A DNA stretch of 64,000 bases from Bacteroidales bacterium. Its GTDB lineage: Bacteria; Bacteroidota; Bacteroidia; Bacteroidales; WCHB1-69. Below are positions 49,701 to 54,700 of this stretch, piece by piece. Position 1 is the first letter of the stretch. Each line of letters opens with the position of its first letter. The stretch spans positions 54,722-118,721 of the forward strand of contig JAIKWD010000016.1 of the NCBI GenBank assembly GCA_024685175.1. Reading direction: 5' to 3'. The translations under genes and the position numbers were made by a program. The notes under the pieces are model-generated. The model had not been told where the DNA came from, did no database searches, and saw nothing but the letters and a program-made list of their open reading frames with translations.

Positions 49701-51289
49701 ACTGTGCCTTGGGCGTCCACATCATATTTGTTCGTAGCACCATCGGTTGAGGAGATGTACAATTTGTTGTTGTCAAATCCTTGGGCTTGTCCTATATACC
49801 ATTTGTCGTTAGAGGTCGGCATGTTAACCAAAGTCCAACCCGGATCGTTGTTGTCATCGAAGTCGCAGACGTAAGGCACCGTAGCAGGAGCGTGCCAGAT
49901 GTCGCTGTTGGTGCGCGGAGCGATTTCAATGATGTCGTTATGGCGAATCACCAAACCCGTGACCGTGACACGATTGTTCGGATAAAGGGAACAATCAAGG
50001 GTCTTGAAGGTGTTGTAGATTTGAATGGTGTTTTCTCCGTCGGTCACATTCACGCCGGTGGAACTGGACTTCGAGAATGTGAAAGTAGATGTGGTGGAAA
50101 CCACAAGATTCTTGACGGTCACAAGACGACCTTCAAAATAGTCGTAGTTGGCGATAAGACTATCCAAAGTGACTATGTTGGGAATAACACTAGAACCGGA
50201 AACGCCATCGGCAATCGGAGAGCCGGGAACGGGTTTCATCTCATTCATTTGGCTGTAGAGGGAATACTTGCCATACATACCACCTTCGATCACATCACCG
50301 GTAGAGTATTTCTTGTCCATCGTGCTATATACATAGATGGCGGCACTGCTATCCTGGATGAAGGTATGGAATTTGTCTTCCGTCTGGAACAAAACCGTCA
50401 AATCGGTGTTCACCTTGTAGATGTCCGTATTGTTTGCGGTTCTCTTGAACGTGGCGAGGTCGGCCACTTCAGTGAAAGCGGGGAAGTTATAGATTGCGGT
50501 GCCCACATGGCTACTTTCGGTGCCGTCAATGGCGATGGCCTTGATGGTCGTTGTGGTGTTCACCGTGATAGGAGCGGTATAAAGAGTGGAAGAAGCGGTA
50601 GGTTCGGTGCCGTCAATAGTATAATAGATGTTGGCACCTTCGGTTTCACAAGCGATGCTCACCGTTTGTGCGGCATAATAGTTGCCAGCGGCAGGAGTGA
50701 AGGTAGGGGTGGAAATTGCGGCGGCTTCGGAAAGCTTGTAGAGACTGCAAGCCATTTGGTTGCTGGTGTAACAAGCAAATCTGGGACTGCCGTTATTCCA
50801 TTGCAATAAACGCGCAGGCGTATTCACATTGGAAATTCGAAGGTTGCTGCCGTCGAAGTAAATGGTCCAATAGTAATGGTCGTCGCTCGCAGCAGCGGCA
50901 TGGGCCAAACTGTTGCTGGACGTCCATCCAATGTATTCGCCTTTGAACAGCATGGTGTAGGCGTTTTGGCCATCCACCTTGGCAATGGTTATCTGGTTGG
51001 CATCGGTTGTCGCATTGGACTCAATGCCGTCAGTGGTGACATACGTGGCTACAGATTCGTAAGTACCATATATGGTACTCGACGTACTGAACCCCGACAG
51101 TGTCACTAAACCATCTGTTTTGGGACCTGTTAGCAAATACGTACCAGACCAGTCGTCTTGATCGGCAGAAACCAACTCATACTGGCTCTGAGCGAACACA
51201 TTGCCCCATGTCACTAATGTTAGTAGCAACATGGTACAAAAAACCTTTACCCCTTGGGTCAAAGATTTCAAGTTGTAGTCGTTTTTCAT
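37736..51289 (-). CDS. Giant (4,517 aa) multidomain T9SS-cargo surface protein
   Basis: Uninterrupted 13,554-nt ORF. Signal peptide (..LTLVTWGNVFAQ). Fn3-associated/chitobiase-C-like unit (ANIYYTIDGTEPTASSTLYTAPI). 12 Cys-capped FN3 units. 2 MAM-like jelly-roll modules. 5 choice-of-anchor-J/cleaved-adhesin-like modules (DNWLMTPP, PDNWLISPAINV, NDWMMTPCF). 3 copies of an unassigned ~190-aa module. One CUB-like domain, one DSYGDGWNG domain, one CARDB-like domain. 11 InlB-B-type repeats. C-terminal T9SS CTD (..DIYDMYGKLIYNG...GTYIVRLTTDQGPAVYKLFITK). Confidence 0.9.
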   Translation of the reverse strand: MKNDYNLKSLTQGVKVFCTMLLLTLVTWGNVFAQSQYELVSADQDDWSGTYLLTGPKTDGLVTLSGFSTSSTIYGTYESVATYVTTDGIESNATTDANQITIAKVDGQNAYTMLFKGEYIGWTSSNSLAHAAAASDDHYYWTIYFDGSNLRISNVNTPARLLQWNNGSPRFACYTSNQMACSLYKLSEAAAISTPTFTPAAGNYYAAQTVSIACETEGANIYYTIDGTEPTASSTLYTAPITVNTTTTIKAIAIDGTESSHVGTAIYNFPAFTEVADLATFKRTANNTDIYKVNTDLTVLFQTEDKFHTFIQDSSAAIYVYSTMDKKYSTGDVIEGGMYGKYSLYSQMNEMKPVPGSPIADGVSGSSVIPNIVTLDSLIANYDYFEGRLVTVKNLVVSTTSTFTFSKSSSTGVNVTDGENTIQIYNTFKTLDCSLYPNNRVTVTGLVIRHNDIIEIAPRTNSDIWHAPATVPYVCDFDDNNDPGWTLVNMPTSNDKWYIGQAQGFDNNKLYISSTDGATNKYDVDAQGTVIAFRQFEIPAEGAFLNMKIRSNGETAGDYLHVYITKGDNNKSWEVALDNDWTDYTFKIPARDYEGTSSLFVAWMNNGNGQGEQTPAAIDNITLDLVTCVEPLALNVSTAGDSAIVTWTPGDSTNNNWTLEYKLEDHSEWYTMNLTAPTATLHNLQGNSTYNLRVRTNCGEESSLWNETTFQSECLTTTTSLANVEIIGESTNNSNLPFYGYYGYSYSQQIITAEEIGQPDGGRIMSISFNCATAPSATGNIRIWLGHTDKTSFDSKTDFISPGSLSQVAYLEGAYTYVSGWNTINFNTPFSYNGTDNLVVAYYEGMQGYNSSAFKAHQTSSARAIYEYNDNESNVSYTNPAGASGSKNMVFYNNDIKFNMRVAVCNDQIACAAPTNLTVSNIDVDAATISWEGEAANYELSYKTGEDDWNVVLVNGNEYTLSNLTQKTAYTVRVKAICRENDESVYSDEVEFSTTSVCPIVTDITSSNISTTTTISWTPGGSETAWVLRFRPQGEEEWINLNIGGLPSTTFGGLMDQTTYEVEIMALCDPNDEENQSSWAPYQFVSGCAAFDVPYIEKFEAAEIPDCWDADGFTFADENANGEEDNWLMTPPMSIPAVGNTYIVMNVKGNVTVKGSYRGTALNRFMDIATINTNEVAKTIIEIPATYNDKAVNFLFVANGDVTIEDVEFTSCPFVPANLVASNPTDHSVELTWNGTYKNGWVIEYAEEGSDIWTAINVADATDTVTYSVTDLDANTTYMFRVRTVCAGDFMGEPSKIAMAHTYCKPIPVPFVSLEQNNANFDCWSTVFTGTYPENGATLSNSNQLDMYNFYNATIDAADIDAFGNVYAILPKFDTTLNVLQITFDAYDWYEPGKTFQLGVVTDVNDPLGTFQQLAEYTADFNAANYGFILNNAPDGNLAFRLRKSDVTQRVRIFNVKVDFIPACQTPNSLTVTPASESSVDVTWTNMGRTYPVQIKYNNGSFDPETSGTSVNANLQPRTITGLEYGETYTFYIRQNCATSGYSDWYGPVTQTLEKNYILGEDEQVTTCHGNIVVSDTAYNEAVMTILSSAEGQWPELAGEFTLGLGEVLYVYDGNAVDPTKLIQTVTGSFSGYIVPQCETSLTLRLTGNGPLSDNLLLSIECASVPTCSAPSKPEFDLSSQVLTWEPGCWGTPTGYNVEVIDNTAETTSTLSATTTSVLVATMPNDHEITFRVQPICADGVGDWSNESDVYVKMACGAPQNLNVVYDITSHTATLTWTPYVSTQNNFVVEYQLDGAYSWNITNVTGTSFTSGILDNPAVYNFRVKALCATEESEYSTITLEVECENQTAQPTEVAIGEGTGSTYYLPVDNFYKYSYTQQIFDASEIGSAGTISAVSFQYKYSTPNSKKTSVNMYLGHTNKSEFASTTDYVSFNNLQLVYSGDLVCNTGWNTFTFDAPFEYNGTDNLVLVVDDNSNGYNSSSYVFYSHTTTGYKSIYHHSDSQNADPQTPPTASGRLMYRNNVKFQMVALACDEVVYCPSPTLNEDVTIENTNVVVTWTAGGSETSWMVVYSLNNGDNVIDSNVTTNSYSIPVELNTGYNLHFEVFANCDLQSIAAVQNYSFTTPPCLGGTTVNLTGTSSSQYLPSNAYYNYSYSQQIYLASEINQPRGGQIKAITLEVDHNSATRNLNVYLMNTTAQSITAFEPINNATLVFSGNKLLSGVVTFEFSTPFDYNGTDNLMLIVDDNTNSYSSSYPYFKTHTAHNNCSRYICSDYTNYDPTGTISGGTALSARNNIQFTICPPLPCSAPSIVAFDEATNTLTWSAGAEGTPESYNIQYRKAGTNDPYVTVSTTEESYVFTDLETATTYEIGVQTNCGETDGLSSWKTITVSIPCQTTCLYTVEMTDSYGDGWNGNSIQVFVGGVQSQTLTISSGNSNVVTVEVCGEAEFRWSTGSYPNEASFIIYDPDMNEVYACSSGSTLSNGSTFYTTPSCVPPTCSVPTSFVLTQSGNDYIVSWSAGTNGTPESYNFQYRLMGDEEFTTVVLTDTLYTFVNPVPGSIYEFQVQANCGSADGESKWSDVMSIVVPADCSQTFDVPFVETFDFNSTTIGCWTIVDRDHDGHTWGLGQTPSTNTHNGSDRCAISASYDNDTETPLNPDNWLISPAINVVENSQLRYWLRGQDASYAEEYYSVYVATDADITAFLATLPVDSGYATGEYVETVIDLSAYAGQTVHVAFRHHNVTDMFYLNLDDVSIILDPCAGYTITEANPYTEDFEEYTGSGEIELDNCWYSDGAGYTAGNGVKSPFVYGNYSYAAHSGSNSLEMKGNQGMVVLPVFTNDVNTLSMTFWANRVSTSYTDNLVIGVITDINDPTTFVSVDTLTSVGTRGNTSFIGPIVFSNVPANGRIALRYTSTGSTQSWNFDDFTVYLTPTCFTPENLEVSNITANSAKISWTDPEHQTNYAVEYKEEDATVWTTIAGDTSNHVELAGLDELTTYNVRMKAVCGEGDESQYTDEISFTTHAIPATLPYNFSFDSADESGRWQLVNGTQTNKWIVGNATGNGDSNALYVTDDNGENNHYTNSATSVWAYRDFEADSAYKYELSFDWKGYGEGNYDYLQVFVGEIGNVTAGSSSAPTGTSRIAQLNQNNEWSTFNIDLGSDFSGYKRIYFLWKNDGSGGQQTPAAIDNISIVAVDKDLQIVSIEPILDNCDLSEANVTVKVNNHTFSDVVNGFTAMCVLNGTDTISETVNATIEPNGTYTHTFATIPEYNDGSNNIQVTIVYDGDMDLTNNTLTLANVNLLVPETVPYTQNFTAVQANKGGWNNFDVNEDGVMMTMDNAIVYTYNDTLDANDWMMTPCFELPAGNYVISYDYAANSNLNEAFEVKYGFGATVADMTELINTHNFSGTETNTASNVITIAADGVYNFGFHALSEAGNLGFSIDNFSIMPVIDVVVTAGEHGTVTPLGTIQVPYNEDLTINIIPDEMYHTAGVWVDGERVMNEDPFNASFMMYTLENITEPHTINVEFKMEFHIFKYVYNYSDQYPEVGGYFVPATPDTLLDPTAHTLTMVADENYSLHSLVVGTIPPASEGAIIDGENVIADVTFDPATGTYTYTIDTMYVANYYVQACFKIDTVNIHYTSIAGTGVFDGVTVAAGESYDTWVDIGADHTSTIAPADGFYTMAVTVNAVNTGIIDHYDFEDITTTQYVSAQFGHMVTTEIANLNGNSYLGSDDVRGTIEPDTQYVVAGYPATVTGTIDDHFHLYSFLVNGVNMINDVQFDGNNFTYTIDSLDVNTHIQAFVAIDSVAIIYIVDGGHGYVNGNPMNAVSYDTLWIDYMSDYMNIFQAADGYSIINVTVNGIAYNAIPQWSTEMITEPQYITITFGLNEYDIITMADGAGVVSPSVHITYDPNYTYTFTATPAIGHHISQIIRNGEELTVVNPEAVFTDVLTNILNDYTYMAFFEPNVYTITASAGEGGTIDPFGPQNYVYGSTPTYTIIPAVGYAIDEVTVDGAVVTLTNGTYTFAALTGDHTIHATFVDDNYTITASAGNGGSITPSGAVTVAAGSSATFDITPATGYVIADVEVDGASVGAVPSYTFEDIAANHTIEATFTSIMFNINATAGVGGTISNLGNTSVAYGSTPTYTITPAAGYAIDYVTVDGAVVTLTNNAYTFAPVTANHTIHAAFTMLYHTITVTAPNNGTITPSGVVTVAHNATPSFTVTPNLGYEVTAITVGNTNVINNAQATGTGAYVYTFPAVTADQTLTATMTLKTFTITATAGAHGSINGPTTVNYGQNAAYTITPDEDYEVLDVVVDGISVGARTSYIFHNVTANHTIAVTFKVENCIRPYNLQVINIDTASATLTWYHPSASSYDIRYKTITSTTWTMIQNVPGFSYDVTNLQSGTNYVWQVKANSLGCTDADWSNANTFKTNVNTHTPDGVVDYVKNHVRVFAVNNNVNIVNDYNIVIENVDIYDMYGKLIYNGHVNNNPEVIGLNVATGTYIVRLTTDQGPAVYKLFITK
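37739..37981 (-). other. T9SS C-terminal sorting domain of the 4,517-aa protein
   Basis: The last ~80 aa follow the type-A CTD pattern (V..NP....i.i......i.iyD..Gk.v......g.......l..G.Y.v.l). Confidence 0.8.
38270..40954 (-). repeat. Eleven tandem InlB-B-repeat-like (Listeria-Bacteroides repeat type) Ig-fold units, aa 3446-4340
   Basis: Units of 72-104 aa, e.g. YTITASAGEGGTIDPFGPQNYVYGSTPTYTIIPAVGYAIDEVTVDGAVVTLTNGTYTFAALTGDHTIHATF. The distal five are well conserved and the proximal six degenerate. Nucleotide copies differ at many synonymous sites. Confidence 0.8.
41390..41710 (-). other. CARDB-like domain, aa 3194-3300
   Basis: DLQIVSIEP...ANVTVKVNNHTFSDV...TIEPNGTYTHTF...IQVTIVYDGDMDLTNNTL follows the CARDB pattern. 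Confidence 0.55.
43802..44116 (-). other. Cys-bounded ~100-aa domain with a DSYGDGWNG motif, aa 2392-2496 (unassigned)
   Basis: CQTTCLYTVEMTDSYGDGWNGNSIQVFVGG...FRWSTGSYPNEASFIIYDPDMNEVYAC...PSCVPPTC. Codons checked against nt 44054-44089. Confidence 0.6.
44378..44914 (-). repeat. Unassigned ~190-aa module, copy 3 (aa 2126-2304)
   Basis: QYLPSNAYYNYSYSQQIYLASEINQPRGGQIKAITLE...FSTPFDYNGTDNLMLIVDDNTNSY...ARNNIQFTIC. Confidence 0.7.
45179..45760 (-). repeat. Unassigned ~190-aa module, copy 2 (aa 1844-2037)
   Basis: YYLPVDNFYKYSYTQQIFDASEIGSAGTISAVSFQ...FDAPFEYNGTDNLVLVVDDNSNGY...YRNNVKFQMVALAC. The QQ codons were checked at nt 45653-45658. Confidence 0.7.
46304..46588 (-). other. Divergent CUB-like domain, aa 1568-1662
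   Basis: CHGNIVVSD...MTILSS...GEVLYVYDGNAVDPTKLIQTVTGSFSGYIVPQCETSLTLRLTGNG...LLLSIEC. Confidence 0.45.
48557..49150 (-). repeat. Unassigned ~190-aa module, copy 1 (aa 714-911)
   Basis: NLPFYGYYGYSYSQQIITAEEIGQPDGGRIMSISFN...FNTPFSYNGTDNLVVAYYEGMQGY...FYNNDIKFNMRVAVC. Confidence 0.7.
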
Positions 51290-51650
51290 AATAATAGAAT
51301 TTAATGAATAATAATATGATAGTTTTATCTTTCTAAATAATAGTCACTTGGAAGATGTCTTGAGAGGCTGGTGAGTTGTTATAGTCAAATATTCGAAGGT
51401 CTATTTCAGAGTATACAAAACGAATGTGCGAAAATACAATTTTTTTATTTTCCAATATAAAATTTTAAAAAAAAATCGTCATTTATAAACACAAAAATGT
51501 TAACAAAGAGGCTGGCGATTTTAAGGCTGTGTTTCAATCGCTTTTTGTCGTAAGCACCAATATCATATTATTAAGGACCCACCATGTTCTGTTTATGGTT
51601 TCATCATAACATGGCCTATTTGTCATTTTGCTCTCTGCTCTTTGTTCTTT

Positions 51651-51687
51651 AAGAAAAAAGGGCGCCTGGAATTGACCAGACGCCCTT
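51651..51687 (-). terminator. Rho-independent terminator of the 1,894-aa gene
   Basis: Minus strand AAGGGCGTCTGG-TCAATT-CCAGGCGCCCTT (12-bp stem, 1 mismatch) followed by TTTTTTCTT. It starts about 20 nt after the stop codon. Confidence 0.8.
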
Positions 51688-51709
51688 CGTGTTTTCAGTC
51701 TTTTTTCTC

Positions 51710-54700
51710 TTACTGTTTCACCACATTGCGCGTGATTACGCTCCCTTCCGCCAAAACGATCCGAACTATGTACATGCCATTGGCCAGACTACTCAAGTCA
51801 AGGTTGGCGTTGTTGTTGTCCACCTTCTCGCTCTTCTGCAGTTTGCCGTACACGTCGTACACATTCACTTCGCTTATCACCACCTCTTCGTTGCGGATTG
51901 ACACCAATCCCGTCGTCGGGTTTGGATACAGCTTCGTCTTGGCAAGCTCGTAGGCGTCCACCCCGTCGGGCTCCGTCACGAACGTGATGTGGTTAGATTC
52001 GGGACTCGTCACGCCTTCGCACTCGGCCTCCACGTATGCCTCGTAGGTCATCTCTGCCTCAAGGTTCGTGATGGTGTACGGATGTGTGGTCGTAGACGCG
52101 GTGGTCCAGGTATTTGAGGAGGATTTCCTGTAACTAACAGTCCAACTGTCGGGTGTACCTTCTTGTTCCCACTCAAGCGTCACTTCATGAACGCTGACAT
52201 TGGTCTGGTGCAAGTTGGAAGGAGCTTCGCAAGTAGGTTGAGGACCGGGACCGGGACCAGGAGTGGTGTCTGCCTCTGCAACATGGATGTCGTCCACGGC
52301 ACAGGTATAATACGTGCTGGACGTATTCACCCACTTGAACGCGATCCTGCCCGCTGCGGGAACGTTCGCTACGGCGCTGAAATCCACCGTGTCCGCCACC
52401 GGTGCGCTCGAGTTGTGGTCTATCGACGCCAGCATCTTCACCTCCACGAACGTGCTCGCATCCGCCACATTGGTGATATAGCCCACCTTCATGGTGCCGT
52501 AGCTGCTGTTTTCCATCAAATAATAGAAATCAAGGACCAGACGGTTCAGAGGGGTTGAGAACTCTGGAAGCACGGCCAATCCGACTCCGCTGTCGGAAGA
52601 ATAGAATCCGAGGTTCTGGGTGCCGCTGTGTGGATAGTTCCCGAATGACGTGTTATACACATGCGGGGTATAGTTGTCCACAAAGCCATTGTAGGTGTTG
52701 TCCCAACATATTGGGATATCGCCACTGGCTGTAGCGCTGGAGCCCTGGTAGGAATCAAAGTCCTCCGTATAAGGAAGATCCACTGCGTCGCAAGCTGTTG
52801 TTGCTATAATCGGACCCACCCAATCGCTCAAATCGCCGCCGTCGCAGTCGGCCTGCACGTATAGTTCATATCTGGTGGATGCGGTAAGACCTGTAATAGT
52901 GGTGGGATTGGATGAAACGGAAATAATTGTGCCATTGCCAGGCAAGAAACCAGCATTGCCGTATTCTATGTTCCAAGAGGTGGCCTCACCGTTTTCTATC
53001 CAGGAAACCACGATAGAAGTCTGTGTAGTTACATCAACAGTAAAATCCGTGGGTTTCGGACAAGTAGCCGCTTTCCCTACGCGAATGTCATCGATATAAA
53101 TACCATTGGCATCGTTGTTCATACCCACAAACGCGATTTGATATGTGGCCGTTGGGTTGGGCAGAATGATGCTTTCTTCCGTGAATGAATCGTAATTGGT
53201 TGTATTGTAGGTCACTAATTCGTGCCAACTGTCTGAAGATGATGTTCTGTAATAAACGGTCAAATCATCTACCGTACCACTCCATACGGGTTGCTTGTGG
53301 AAGAACCTGAGTTCGGGTTCGTTGGTTAATCCTGTCAGGTCGAAAACGGGAGAGATCAAACGGGCGTTGCTATAATAAGGCATGTATATGCTTTGTGAAC
53401 CACTATAGGAATCATAAGAACTGATGCTCCAATCCGAATAATATGAATTAAATCCTATCGGTTCACTTTCCCAACAATCCAAATCTGAACCTTCCCATCC
53501 TTCGGTATAAGGCGTGTTGTCATCAACAATAATGGAAGAACATGGCGTGTTAAAGGTTGCCATGGCAAAGAAAGAGGTGTCGTCCCCACAATTGGAAGCC
53601 ATTTGAACAATATAATTTGTGGCTGGATCCAAGTCTGTCAGTTGATAGGTGGTATCTGTTACATCATCCATCACAGTTGTCCAGACGCTGTCCCCTTCTG
53701 CCATATATTCAATAATATAAGAAACCGCTTCAGTATTATTCCATGTCAATGTCGCTGTGTTTGCTGTAACTTCGTACACACTCATTTGGGGCACAATGCA
53801 ACTATTTTCTACGATGGAGATATTGTCAACAGCTGCAGGAGGATTATAGCCATATCCATAGGAAGAATTGTGCCACATAAACAATAATCTTTGCGTGGTA
53901 TTCGTGTAAGTGTTGTCCAAAACAATGTTAACAGAGGTCCAAACGGTATCTCCAAAATACGGACCAAATTCAGCTGCTTCATGGATGATTGTAGAACCGG
54001 CATCGAATGATTCAACAGGGCTGACCAAGTAAACTATCATATAGTCATATTCATAATAATAGTCTCCGTTGACTCTATAATCAAAACTCAAAGAAAACTC
54101 GTCACCCTCAGAAAAATGGATATCCCTGTATGCCCACACTGTTGAACCAGCCATGTTGTTGTAAGCGTTCGTAACGCCATTGTTGTTGGAAATATAGAGC
54201 GAACTGTCTCCGCCATGATTAACGGCCCCACCAATAAACCACTTATTAATCTGATTTCCGTTCACTCTTGTCCAGGCTGCATTCACTTCGGCATCTTCAA
54301 AATCACAAATGTACGGAACTTGAGCGGGTTCCGTATTAAGTGTTGAAAATGAAATGGTATTCCAGTTACTATAGCCCTCCTCTTCGCATACAGTACGAAT
54401 ATAAGCAACATAGGATGTATTGCTCTCTAGGTTGTCAAGCGTAATACTTGTTTCGTTAAGATATTGAATATCAACGTCTTCACTTTCCGGTGTTGTTCCG
54501 GCTGGACCATAGAAAAACTCAAAGTCGGTCTGTGTTCCCGCAAAGTCAGCCCATGTGAGAGTGGCATAATCCGTACCTACATTCGACACTGTAAGTTGTG
54601 GTGAAATGCAGCTGGCGCAGGATACAAAAAGCTCAAAACCAGATCCTTGATAAAGATCATCCGAATAGAAATACACAGTAAGGGGACCCGTGGTGGAAAT

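Noticed and set aside
51584-51652. 22-codon hydrophobic plus-strand ORF (MFCLWFHHNMAYLSFCSLLFVL) in the spacer between the giant genes
   Set aside because: It has no promoter box or conservation evidence, it runs into the terminator hairpin of the opposite strand, and it is too short to support.
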